Source: Silvanigrellaceae bacterium (GTDB lineage Bacteria; Bdellovibrionota_B; Oligoflexia; Silvanigrellales; Silvanigrellaceae). Taken from it: 64,000 nucleotides of DNA. Both the position numbers and the translations under genes were made by a program. The notes under the pieces are model-generated. The model worked only from the letters and a program-made list of their open reading frames with translations. It was not told the DNA's origin and did not search any database. Each line of letters begins with the position of its first letter. Within the stretch, counting starts at the first letter, position 1. Where the stretch lies: contig JBIIVH010000005.1 of the NCBI GenBank assembly GCA_044339525.1, forward strand, positions 8,746 to 72,745, given 5' to 3'. Shown here one piece after another: positions 28,037 to 37,640 of this stretch.

Positions 28037-28626
28037 CTATTCCTTTCTGCCATATGATTTGGGAATAAAAAGAGTGGTCCACCCTCTTTAGAAAGTTCCG
28101 CCCACTGATTCTTAGAGACTTCAAAAACACAATACCTTTTTAGATTTCCTTCCACTTCAACCATGATTCTTAATTCATTGGGCAAGATTCCTAATTTTTC
28201 CAAAGCGCGCTGGGATCTACGGTTTTCCTCGCCCACACGAAAAATAATTTGCTGTGCCTTAAGCATGGCATGTGCCATCATTAGGACCTTGATTTCCCGA
28301 TTCAGCCCAGTTCCCCAAAGAGACTTTGCCAAAAAAGTGTATCCGATTTCCACCGATTTTTTGGTTGCATCCCAGTCCACATAACGAGTCGTTCCCACAG
28401 GCTGGCTTGTGCTTTTTGATACCACTGCCAGGGCACCTTTTGACTTGAGTGCCCCCTCAAAAAACGATCTAAATTTATCTAATTTATACCGATCTGGGAC
28501 GGGGTGTTGCTCCCAAACAGAAGGGTCACGGGCGGCATCATAAAGGGCATCAAAGTCCTCTGGCAAAAGGGGCCGCAAAAAACACTGGGAACCTTCCAAA
28601 GTGGGTTGCCAAAAGGGATCAGACAT
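28033..28626 (-). CDS. GNAT family N-acetyltransferase (RimJ/RimL-like)
   Basis: Trimmed to the ATG at 28626, because the longer track ORF overlaps nrdB. Starts MSDPFWQPTLEGSQCFLRPLLPEDFDALYD, and contains the acetyl-CoA region ...ENRRSQRALEKLG. Confidence 0.7.
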   Translation of the reverse strand: MSDPFWQPTLEGSQCFLRPLLPEDFDALYDAARDPSVWEQHPVPDRYKLDKFRSFFEGALKSKGALAVVSKSTSQPVGTTRYVDWDATKKSVEIGYTFLAKSLWGTGLNREIKVLMMAHAMLKAQQIIFRVGEENRRSQRALEKLGILPNELRIMVEVEGNLKRYCVFEVSKNQWAELSKEGGPLFLFPNHMAERNR

Positions 28627-28639
28627 GTTTCCTTTTCCT

Positions 28640-29632
28640 TTAGCCCCAATCCAGCTCAATGGCGGCTTGGTATTCGGTGACGCGACTTTCAAAAAAATTC
28701 TTTTCTTTGGGAAGGTCCATGATCTCGTTCATCCAAGGAAAGGGCGTTTCTTCCACTCCAAAAAGGGGCTCTAAAAACACACTCTCTAAGCGTCTATCGG
28801 CAATATAGCGGATGTATTGTTGAAACTGAAGCTTACTCATGCCCAATACATCTGTGGGAAGACATTCTCCCACAAAGAGATCTTCGAGTTCCACCACCTT
28901 GGCGATGTTCTCCCGTATCTCCTGCTTGGTTTGGGGATCGAAAGTGTCAGGGTTTTCAGACACAAATTGATGGATGAGTCGAGTGCCAAAACGACAATGT
29001 AAACTTTCATCACGAACAATGTATTCCAGTTGTTCAGCTGTTCCCGTCATTAAGTTACGTCGTTTGAAATTTAAAAGTAATACAAACGCGCTGTAAAATT
29101 GCATGCCTTCCATACCCAAATAATAGGCACAAAGGTTTTTAAGAAAAATTTTCTTATTATTTAAAGAATCCAAATTAAAATCTTTATTTAAGATTCCCTC
29201 TAAAAACTGCCTTTGAAAATCATGTTTATCTTTTATCGTTCCAAATTTTTTAAACTCTCCAAAAATCTCTTGCTGGTCCATAGAAAGACTTTCCACAATA
29301 TGAGCATAAGACCAACTATGCACACTCTCTTGGAATGCCTGTCCACACAAATATTGGCGGCATTCGGGGTTTTCAATGTATCGGTATAGGGCCATCACAA
29401 TGTTATCACCCACCAACACATCTGTATTGGCAAAAAAAGACAGAATCTTTTGGATGAGATGCCGCTCATCCGGGGTCAGAATCTCTTTGCTTTTCCACTG
29501 GGAGATGTCTTTGGACATGGAGATCTCTTGGGGGAGCCAATGATTTTTACAAAGGTTTTTAAACTCATCCCAGGCCCAAGGGTACTCAAAAGGCATGAGC
29601 TGATAACGGGAAGATTGAACCAACATGAACAC
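28640..29632 (-). CDS. nrdB: ribonucleotide reductase class I beta subunit
   Basis: 330 aa. Di-iron/radical motifs QESVHSWSY (Tyr retained) and RDESLH, with the acidic C-terminal tail typical of R2. Confidence 0.9.
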   Translation of the reverse strand: MFMLVQSSRYQLMPFEYPWAWDEFKNLCKNHWLPQEISMSKDISQWKSKEILTPDERHLIQKILSFFANTDVLVGDNIVMALYRYIENPECRQYLCGQAFQESVHSWSYAHIVESLSMDQQEIFGEFKKFGTIKDKHDFQRQFLEGILNKDFNLDSLNNKKIFLKNLCAYYLGMEGMQFYSAFVLLLNFKRRNLMTGTAEQLEYIVRDESLHCRFGTRLIHQFVSENPDTFDPQTKQEIRENIAKVVELEDLFVGECLPTDVLGMSKLQFQQYIRYIADRRLESVFLEPLFGVEETPFPWMNEIMDLPKEKNFFESRVTEYQAAIELDWG

Positions 29633-29700
29633 ACTCCTAAATCATTATTTTCCTGGGGATTTGTCTAAATCGCCCCAAAACGTCTCACCCAAATTCTTCC

Positions 29701-32097
29701 CTACTGGCAACTCTCGCAATCGGGATTCTCGATAGAACAAGCTTGAGCCGGAGCCACCGGACTTATGCTGGATAACTTAACGCTAGACTTTTCCACAGAT
29801 GTGGCTGCTTTAGAACGCAAATAATAAGTGGTTTTTAAGCCAGCCTTCCAAGCGGTTTTATACATCTGATCCAGTTTTTTTCCACTGGGTTGCTGGATGA
29901 AAAGATTTAAACTTTGAGACTGATCAATAAAAAGTTGTCTGACTGCCGCCAATCGAATCATTTGCTCGGGTTCAATATCAAAAGCCGTGGCGTAGATTTT
30001 TTTAAGAGAATCGGGGATCGGCAACATCTCCACCGAACCATCCTGACGCTTTAACTCTTGGGCCATGGATTGGGACCAAAGTCCCAACTGACGCAAATCA
30101 TCCACCAAATATTCATTAATGATTGTGTACTCACCACCCAAATTACTTTTCACATATAAATTTTTATAAGATGGCTCAATGCTACTCACACACCCTGCAA
30201 TATTGGAGATGGTGGCCGTGGGGGCAATGGCCATACAAAGACTATTGCGCATGGCCAATTTGATTTGGGAGCGCAAACCATCCAAGTCTAAATGCGCTCC
30301 GAAGCCATCGGATTTCAGCAAATCTTGGCAAGACACCACCTCTCCCTTTGCATTGGTGTATTCTCTGGGGATTTCAGGGGGAATCACATGGGAACCCAAT
30401 CGGGAGAACGTATCTTGAGGCAATAACCCCTGAGACCACGTGGATCCCGCAAAACTTTCATAACTTCCCCGCTCGATCCCCAGCTGAGCCGAGGCTTCCA
30501 CCGCAAAATAAGAGATGGACCTCATGATTTCATAGTTAAGATAGACCGCTTCTGGTGAAGAAAATGGAACTTTTTTAAGGTAAAAAACGTCTTGAAGGCC
30601 CATGACACCCAAACCCACTGGCCTATGTAATTCATTAGCTCTTTTGGCAGATTCAATGGGATAGAAGTTTTTTGTAATCACATTGTCTAACATGCGCATG
30701 GCAGTCTTTATGGACGACTTTAAGGTTTCATAAGGGTTGGGACTTAAAAATATATTTTTTAAGTTAAGGGATCCCAGGTTGCACACCGCCGTTTCCGAGG
30801 GACTGGTGTTTAATGTAATCTCTGTGCAAAGATTGCTGGAATGAACCACACCCACATGGGATTGGGGGCTTCGTAAATTGCAGGGATCTTTAAACGTGAT
30901 CCAAGGATGGCCGGTTTCAAAAAGCATGGAAAGCATTTTGCGCCATAAAGTAACAGCATTCACGGTCTTAAAGTTTTTAAGGATTCCGGCTTGGGCCTGG
31001 GCCTCTGCTTTCAAATAGGCCACTTTAAAGGAATCCCCATACAAATCATGCAAATGAGGCACTTCAGAGGGGCAAAAGAGGGTCCAATGGGATTCTTCAC
31101 ACACCCGCTCCATAAAGAGATCTGGGATCCAATTGGCCGTAAACATATCTGGAGTTCGACGGCGTTCATCCCCTGTATTTTTTCGAAGCTCCAAAAAATC
31201 TTCCAAGTCGATGTGCCACGTTTCCAGATAAGCGCACACCGCTCCTTTGCGTTTTCCACCTTGATTCACCGCAATGGTGGAGGAGTCCTGCACTTTTAAG
31301 AAAGGAATCACCCCTTGGCTGCGGCCATTGGTCCCTTTGATCCAACTTCCACTACCCCGAATGTTGGTCCAATCATTGCCCAAGCCACCCGCATACTTGG
31401 AGAGCAGGGCATTGTCCGTGTATTGTCTAAAAATATCCATCAAATCATCTTGGGTGGTGGTTAAAAAGCAACTGGACATTTGGGAGCGTTGGGTGCCTGA
31501 ATTAAACAACGTGGGTGTGCTGGGTACATAAAGCATTTGGGAGATCAAATGATAGAATTGGGCGGCGGCTTCGTTGCGCTGAGAAGTTTCTGCCAAAGCC
31601 ACTCCCATGGCAATGCGCATCCACAAGTGTTGTAACGATTCATAGCGTTTGCCTTCTTTGTGAAGCAAATAGCGATCGTAAAGGGTATGGGCACCAATGT
31701 AATCAAACAAATAATTTCGATTTTGATCCAAACAGCCATTTAAAAATTCCAAATCAAAGGTGGCAAGCTCCGGAGACAACTGCTCCCTTTGAATCCCAAA
31801 GTGAACGTATTGCCGCAGGTGGGGATAGTGTTTTTCAGACTCAGGTCCCAACTGAGGAACGGAAAACTCAGAAGTGGACTCCGGGGAGGAATTTGGGTTG
31901 CTGATTCCTAATGTTTCCAAACACTCCAGCCTAAGTTTTTCATTCAAAACACATGCCGCTAAATAGGAGTATTCCTTACCCTGCTCAATTTTGGGACGCA
32001 GATTTAAAATGTGATTGTCTAGGGAAACCTCTTTTGACAACCCCACTTCGTTTAAAATGACCTGATTTACCTTTGGGTGAAAAATGGAATATTTCAT
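29701..32097 (-). CDS. nrdA: ribonucleotide reductase class I alpha subunit
   Basis: Catalytic-core motifs are NLCTEI, a C-terminal CESCQ Cys pair, and ...SSCFL... The start is uncertain: ATG at 32097 gives MKYSIFHP..., while the track start at 32223 adds a 42-aa Cys/Trp-rich extension that looks non-coding. Confidence 0.85.
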   Translation of the reverse strand: MKYSIFHPKVNQVILNEVGLSKEVSLDNHILNLRPKIEQGKEYSYLAACVLNEKLRLECLETLGISNPNSSPESTSEFSVPQLGPESEKHYPHLRQYVHFGIQREQLSPELATFDLEFLNGCLDQNRNYLFDYIGAHTLYDRYLLHKEGKRYESLQHLWMRIAMGVALAETSQRNEAAAQFYHLISQMLYVPSTPTLFNSGTQRSQMSSCFLTTTQDDLMDIFRQYTDNALLSKYAGGLGNDWTNIRGSGSWIKGTNGRSQGVIPFLKVQDSSTIAVNQGGKRKGAVCAYLETWHIDLEDFLELRKNTGDERRRTPDMFTANWIPDLFMERVCEESHWTLFCPSEVPHLHDLYGDSFKVAYLKAEAQAQAGILKNFKTVNAVTLWRKMLSMLFETGHPWITFKDPCNLRSPQSHVGVVHSSNLCTEITLNTSPSETAVCNLGSLNLKNIFLSPNPYETLKSSIKTAMRMLDNVITKNFYPIESAKRANELHRPVGLGVMGLQDVFYLKKVPFSSPEAVYLNYEIMRSISYFAVEASAQLGIERGSYESFAGSTWSQGLLPQDTFSRLGSHVIPPEIPREYTNAKGEVVSCQDLLKSDGFGAHLDLDGLRSQIKLAMRNSLCMAIAPTATISNIAGCVSSIEPSYKNLYVKSNLGGEYTIINEYLVDDLRQLGLWSQSMAQELKRQDGSVEMLPIPDSLKKIYATAFDIEPEQMIRLAAVRQLFIDQSQSLNLFIQQPSGKKLDQMYKTAWKAGLKTTYYLRSKAATSVEKSSVKLSSISPVAPAQACSIENPDCESCQ

Positions 32098-32235
32098 ATA
32101 AAAAACCCTTTCCAAAGTCAGCTGGTTGCAGCATCCCTTGCCATACCAATCCACAAGTGGGACAAAATAAAAAATACACGGCCACCCCCTTAAACCAAGG
32201 AAGCTCGAAATGGGCCTGGGCACTTTTTTCCCGTT

Positions 32236-32283
32236 TTTTCATATCTAGTGGTACTGCAAAATCAAAAACACTGTCAATAGCGG
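32236..32283. promoter_or_regulatory. candidate tandem NrdR boxes upstream of nrdAB
   Basis: Two imperfect matches to the 16-bp NrdR palindrome acaCwAtATaTwGtgt. The first is 32236-32251 (good right half, ATATCTAGTG). The second is 32268-32283 (ACACTGTCAATAGCGG, about 11 of 16). Their starts are 32 bp apart, the spacing reported for tandem NrdR boxes. Matching was done by eye. Confidence 0.3.
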
Positions 32284-32615
32284 TTGGAACCAAGTCCGAG
32301 AGAAGCTCAGGCTAAGACCTTCAGTTCCAAAGGAAAACAAAAGGGTTCATCTGTTTTTATGAAATCTCCTCCCAGGCCCACCCACCCGCAAAGTCTCCAT
32401 GGGGAAGCATAATTTTTGAGGAAAAGTGAAACAGTCTTTTTTACAGGAATTCTCCCCTGTTTTTTTCCCACGATTGCCTTGACTGTAAAAACCAATTACG
32501 TATTCCTAGGGAGACGCAAAGGGTTGCTCTTCTTTGAAACACAGGAAATGATCTTCTTTGAAAAACATCAACGCAAATCACTTACTTCTTCTGTTCTGAT
32601 AAGGGGATAACCGAA

Positions 32616-32867
32616 ATGGGGTTGGTAAAATGGGCCTTTTATGGACCGGACGCCCTTAAAACCGCCGAACATTATGCAAGACACGTCACGGAGTTTTTGA
32701 ATCGTCATTCCTGGCCCCCGGGAAAACACCAAATTTACGCCCACGACCCCCACACCTATGTTTTAGAGTGGTTTTTAGAAAATAGGGATCAAGTTGCGGG
32801 ACTCGCCCAGACTTTAAAGGGTCGACAATTCCACGACGAAGAATGGATTTCAAAGGAAAAATCATGA
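32616..32867 (+). CDS. hypothetical small protein (83 aa)
   Basis: AAGGGGA lies upstream. Amino-acid composition is balanced. The stop overlaps the downstream ATG (ATGA at 32864-32867), implying translational coupling with the aminotransferase gene. Confidence 0.45.
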   Translation: MGLVKWAFYGPDALKTAEHYARHVTEFLNRHSWPPGKHQIYAHDPHTYVLEWFLENRDQVAGLAQTLKGRQFHDEEWISKEKS

Positions 32868-33913
32868 GTTTTCATCCCAGTCAATCCCGATACATCGGAC
32901 TCCACAAAAATGAGTATTTTTTTGATCATTCGGACAAGGTTTTGGAAGCCATCCAAAAAACAAGTTTATATGAAACCAATCTGTATCAGTGTTCCGGTTC
33001 GTTTTGGGATTTTGCTGCCAAATTGGCACAAACCCTAGGATTAGGCCAAAATTCCATCTGCCTCACCCATGGAGCAGAAGACGCCCTCTGGAAACTTCTC
33101 GCGTTTTTGAGAACTCAATCTTTTCAATTGCTTCTCCCTTATGGGTCCTGGGAGTTTTATGATGCGTTAGGGCTTCATCTCAAATACCACATTCAAAAAT
33201 TTGAGATGCCCTGCACTCCAAGCCTTTTAGCCGAGTCCCATCCCTCATTGCGAACCTTAGAGGAAACCCTACAGGCTCACGAAGGTCCAGCAGTGGTGAT
33301 TTTGGCTAGCCCCAATAATCCGACGGGGTTAACCCTACCATTAGAAAACTTAGAAAATTGGTGTGTGCGTTTCCCCCAGCATCATTTTCTATTGGATTAT
33401 GTATACGGAGATCCCAAACAAATCGGCGATTTCCCTCTTTTTCTTCCCAATTTAACCGTGATCAGCAGCTTTTCAAAATTTTTTGGGCTTCCTGGAATTC
33501 GACTGGGTTTTATGGTGGGAACTCAAGTTTCCCAATTTGGATTTGGCTTAGGTATTTCACCCCAAAGCGCCATTTGCGCCCAAGCCGCATTGGAAGATTA
33601 CAATTGTTACCTTAAAAATCGCCTAGAGATGCTGAAGTTTGCCCATGAATTAGCCCTCCTTCCCTTGAAGTCCCTTAAAGTTTGGCCCACTCAAGGCTCC
33701 TTCTTTTTGACACAGGTGCTCGTTCCCATCCCCGAATCAAAACTCCCTTCCTTGCTACTCAAAGCTAAAGAGACTTCCTATGTCTACCCAAAAGTATTAC
33801 ATTTGTACAACAAACTATCCTTTCGTTTTGCCCTGGGTCCAGAGTCCATCTGCGATGCCATTGAGACCTATTTAATGGTGGTGGAGGGACAATTAAAAGA
33901 TTGGGAAAGTTAA
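32864..33913 (+). CDS. class I/II PLP aminotransferase (HisC/CobD-like)
   Basis: Trimmed to the ATG at 32864. PLP-lysine motif SSFSKFFGLPGIRLGF, and NPTG in ASPNNPTGLT. Confidence 0.7.
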   Translation: MSFHPSQSRYIGLHKNEYFFDHSDKVLEAIQKTSLYETNLYQCSGSFWDFAAKLAQTLGLGQNSICLTHGAEDALWKLLAFLRTQSFQLLLPYGSWEFYDALGLHLKYHIQKFEMPCTPSLLAESHPSLRTLEETLQAHEGPAVVILASPNNPTGLTLPLENLENWCVRFPQHHFLLDYVYGDPKQIGDFPLFLPNLTVISSFSKFFGLPGIRLGFMVGTQVSQFGFGLGISPQSAICAQAALEDYNCYLKNRLEMLKFAHELALLPLKSLKVWPTQGSFFLTQVLVPIPESKLPSLLLKAKETSYVYPKVLHLYNKLSFRFALGPESICDAIETYLMVVEGQLKDWES

Positions 33914-34089
33914 CAATCCCTTCCTTTAAAGAATTGCTTTTTTACCCCACCCCCATCAAAGAGTCCATTTATCAACAAATACCGATAGGTAGAAACTCTT
34001 TTTTCTAAATCCAAAAAAGAAACTTATAATTCTTAAAATCCGTCCGAAGCTCTTTAATAGAAAGCCCAAAGGTCCCGGAGGGATACTCG

Positions 34090-37000
34090 ATGCACATTTT
34101 ATCTTTCAAATCACTACTTTTATTAGGAATGGCATTCTCATGGGGTTGCGGCTCCCAAAAGTCAAAATCTTCCTCATCCAAAACGGTTTACCTTCAAATT
34201 GGGCCCGATCCACGCACTTCCGAAAAGTACGCCCTAGATGCCAACACCCCTTCTTTTATTGGATTCTTGGCCACTTCTGCTGATAAAACGGTTTCCCTGC
34301 AGCTCAAGCCAGGTCAAAACCAGATCGAATTGCCTTTGGGTGTGGAGCTATCGGTGGTGGCTAGGCTAGTGACCCTCAAATCCGATCCTCTAGGAGCTCA
34401 ATTTTTTATCAGTCAAGGTAAAAAAAGCGTTACGTTAAGTGAGGCCGACAGCACTCTCAGCTTAAGTTTTGAGCCCTACGCCAAGGCCGTTCCCACAAAC
34501 CTTTATGGCATGGCCCTTTGGCAGGGCACACCACTGGTGGGTTCCCAAGTGAGACTCAAGGACCCCTTAACCCAAGCCACCTGGGAAATTCCAGAGCTCA
34601 GCTTTGGGGCCAGCACGGATGCCAATGGCGTGTTTTCGTTACGTTCCCCTTTTACCCAAACAGGGGAATCGGAAAAACCCCTGCCATTGGTTTTGGAGTT
34701 TACCTTACCCGATGGGAAAAAGATTGAAAAATCATTTGAAACCTCCTATCCCTTTTTACCTGGCACCAATTTAAAGTATGTTAACTTAAGTGGTCCTGAA
34801 ACCATTGAGCTCGGAAAATCCAGTACGGATTTTGATGGGGATGGGATCCTAAATTTAGCCGAAGAAGCCATGGGCACCAACCCTTTTGCGGTGAACACTT
34901 CAGGCTGCACCTCCCCCGAAAAGGTATTAAAGGGTTTTGCCTACACCTGCTCCGATGGTCTTAGTTTAGTGGGAACTTTGGAAGTGTTGGAAGGAAAAAG
35001 TTGTTTTGATTTATTGGGGGATGTCAATAAGGATGGCAAAAAAGATGGATTAGACTGCCAAGGACCTAAGGGAGACAAAGGCGATAAAGGAGACACAGGA
35101 CTGGCGGGAACTAATGGTACTAATGGCTCTGATGGGGTTTCCGTGGGCATCTCCATTGTTTTAGAGCCCGCAGGATCCAACTGCCCCACCGGAGGATCTA
35201 AGGTAACAACTTGGACAGATTTCCCCCCTGCCAATCAAATCATGGACTCCGGGGAAGCCTCCTCAGCCCGGTACAAATTCATTTGCAATGGGAACAACGC
35301 CGTGGCATCCACACCTGTGGTAAAACAGGGTAGTAACACTCTTGGAAACTACATTTTAGCAGGAGATATGTTTGCAAATTTCGACAACGCCTATCTTCAA
35401 CTCGCCGCAGACCCAGAGGAAGTGGGAAAATTCAAGCCTAAATTTACAGATGTGTTTTTTGGTAGCTCAGACTGCAATGGAAGCAGTTTCGTCACCAGCT
35501 CTTCCGGTCGAATTGGAAATCTACTTTCAGGGTTGGTGACCAATATGGTCTCCGGAACCAAGTCTCCTAGACCCATCTACTCTATGTCCAATGACGACGG
35601 ATGTGTGAACTTCAATTCAGGGGCGTTTTCCTACGCTCCAGACCCAGCGTTTACCGTTCTATTACCCGGAGGAAAGGTTTTTGCCATGTCCGGAAGCCAC
35701 TGGGACATCAAGGGAAGACGCCTAGGCATGGGAGCACTCGTGTCCACAGACGGAGGCGACACATTTACAAGCAAAACCCAGTCCCAAATGCCGGGTAGCT
35801 TTTCCCATTTCCCCCAACCCATTGCCACAGGGGGACCTAGCAGCAACCAGGCCGGTGAGGCCCTTTTGATAAACTTCCGTTCTCCCACAGACTCTGGTGC
35901 ACCCGTGCTCCAGTATAGCCACGATGGTTCAAGCTTTACCAACTTTCCCATGAATGCCTTGATCACCGCCTCTGGTATGAACGGCAACCCCACCTGTTGG
36001 AAACTTCACTATAGTGCCAACACTTGGTTTGCCACCAATGATTGTTCCAATTCCGGAAAAGTCTTTCGATCGACCGACCAAGGCCTAACATGGAGTTTTT
36101 CCTCCATTCCATTAGCAAAGTCACCAGGCCTCTATCTTTATGACTTCCATCGCATAGCGGGTAAACTTGCGGCCAAAGCCAACACCTGGGAATCGGAATC
36201 CACCGTTACGTTCCAGTTTTCCTCTCCTGACAATGGACTCACCTGGGAGATCAACAACCCATGCCTAGATCTGAACCAAACCCGAATGGAGTCTCACCAA
36301 AATATTCTTTATTGCCTAACTCCTGGCTATCTTTTCAAATCCACAAATCAAGGTACCACATGGCAACTTTTGAGTAGTTTCAGAGGAATGAAGTCCACAT
36401 TAGGTCTCTCTGTGGGAATCAGTCGCCCAGAGCGCATCATCGTGGGAGGAGCTGGGTTGTTTCTCATCAAGCTCACCAATGATTCCCATTCTTGGATTGT
36501 CTCGAACGATTCAGGAACCACATGGAGTCAGTTTAGCTTCAACCATTCCAGCACCAACTATGAAATGTTTTCTAATGTGAGCTGGGTAGGAAACAACATT
36601 CTCGCCAAAACCACATCAGACCAGTATTTCTTAAGCGTAGATCAAGGAGTTTCGTGGAATAGTCTCACTTTACCCAACCCCTTTGTAGGCGATGTGATGT
36701 TAACCGAAAACAAGATCTTCCTGGCCCATGGCAGCAATGGTTTTTGGCACAGTAACCTATCCCCGGTGAGTTTTGCGTTACAAAATTCAGGCACTTCTGC
36801 CGCATCCATTCAATACTTAACCCATTGTTACCCCTCCCTTTGTGCCATCTCTTTTCCCTCCAACCAGATCATCGAAATCGATCCCACCAATCCCACTCTC
36901 CCCTCGTTTCCTGCTCGAAGCCTGGGTCAAATCGCAACACTGATTCCCTCCAATGGCGTCGGAGTGAATTTCATCAAAGAATCGCCTAGCACCCTTCTGG

Positions 37001-37632
37001 CAACCTTCCCATCTGTACAGGGCGATTTTACCACTGCCAAACACATTGGCTCAGGAGATTGGCAAACGGCCACCAAACCGGATTGCCCTAACATGGGTGG
37101 AACGGGTCACACCCTAGCCAGTGGGGGCGTGGGCAGCTATTTTTACTGTGGTTCTTTTTCTTCCGACTTTGCGGTTTGGAGCCAGACCTTGTCCTATCCT
37201 CCGGAACTTCTTCGTTCCGCCACGCCCCTGCCTAAATTGATGGCCAAAATGGGAGATAAATTTCTAGAATCATCGGATTTTGGTAGAAGTTTTTACCAAG
37301 TGGGAATAGGAATTGGATCTAGTTATGGATCACCCTATCTCTATCAACAAGGCACCAAATGGGTGTATCAAGGAAAAATCTCCCTAAACTCAGGAGCGAC
37401 CTTTACCTCCATTCCCAGCCAAAACAACGTGGACCCCAATACGGCGATTTTACTTCCCAATGGCAAATTGTTCGCTTACACCTATGATAAAAGAAGTTTT
37501 GCCACCAGCTCAGACAACGGGAACACCTGGACCACCACCCATATGCCCATTGTGGTGGACACCATTCCCACCCGATCGGTTGCACTCCCCGCCGGGATCA
37601 CGTTACCATTAACCACTCTCTCCCTTCAGTGA
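34090..37632 (+). CDS. large secreted BNR/Asp-box repeat protein with TSP3-like Ca-binding motif and collagen-like G-X-Y segment
   Basis: 1180 aa with a signal peptide ending ...FSWGC. It has a DFDGDGILNLAEE motif. GPKGDKGDKGDTGLAGTNGTNGSDG (35062-35136) forms 8 G-X-Y triplets. At least 7 Asp-box motifs are present: STDGGDTFT, STDQGLTWS, SPDNGLTWE, STNQGTTWQ, SNDSGTTWS, SVDQGVSWN and SSDNGNTWT. Confidence 0.7.
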   Translation: MHILSFKSLLLLGMAFSWGCGSQKSKSSSSKTVYLQIGPDPRTSEKYALDANTPSFIGFLATSADKTVSLQLKPGQNQIELPLGVELSVVARLVTLKSDPLGAQFFISQGKKSVTLSEADSTLSLSFEPYAKAVPTNLYGMALWQGTPLVGSQVRLKDPLTQATWEIPELSFGASTDANGVFSLRSPFTQTGESEKPLPLVLEFTLPDGKKIEKSFETSYPFLPGTNLKYVNLSGPETIELGKSSTDFDGDGILNLAEEAMGTNPFAVNTSGCTSPEKVLKGFAYTCSDGLSLVGTLEVLEGKSCFDLLGDVNKDGKKDGLDCQGPKGDKGDKGDTGLAGTNGTNGSDGVSVGISIVLEPAGSNCPTGGSKVTTWTDFPPANQIMDSGEASSARYKFICNGNNAVASTPVVKQGSNTLGNYILAGDMFANFDNAYLQLAADPEEVGKFKPKFTDVFFGSSDCNGSSFVTSSSGRIGNLLSGLVTNMVSGTKSPRPIYSMSNDDGCVNFNSGAFSYAPDPAFTVLLPGGKVFAMSGSHWDIKGRRLGMGALVSTDGGDTFTSKTQSQMPGSFSHFPQPIATGGPSSNQAGEALLINFRSPTDSGAPVLQYSHDGSSFTNFPMNALITASGMNGNPTCWKLHYSANTWFATNDCSNSGKVFRSTDQGLTWSFSSIPLAKSPGLYLYDFHRIAGKLAAKANTWESESTVTFQFSSPDNGLTWEINNPCLDLNQTRMESHQNILYCLTPGYLFKSTNQGTTWQLLSSFRGMKSTLGLSVGISRPERIIVGGAGLFLIKLTNDSHSWIVSNDSGTTWSQFSFNHSSTNYEMFSNVSWVGNNILAKTTSDQYFLSVDQGVSWNSLTLPNPFVGDVMLTENKIFLAHGSNGFWHSNLSPVSFALQNSGTSAASIQYLTHCYPSLCAISFPSNQIIEIDPTNPTLPSFPARSLGQIATLIPSNGVGVNFIKESPSTLLATFPSVQGDFTTAKHIGSGDWQTATKPDCPNMGGTGHTLASGGVGSYFYCGSFSSDFAVWSQTLSYPPELLRSATPLPKLMAKMGDKFLESSDFGRSFYQVGIGIGSSYGSPYLYQQGTKWVYQGKISLNSGATFTSIPSQNNVDPNTAILLPNGKLFAYTYDKRSFATSSDNGNTWTTTHMPIVVDTIPTRSVALPAGITLPLTTLSLQ

Positions 37633-37640
37633 GCCCTAAG

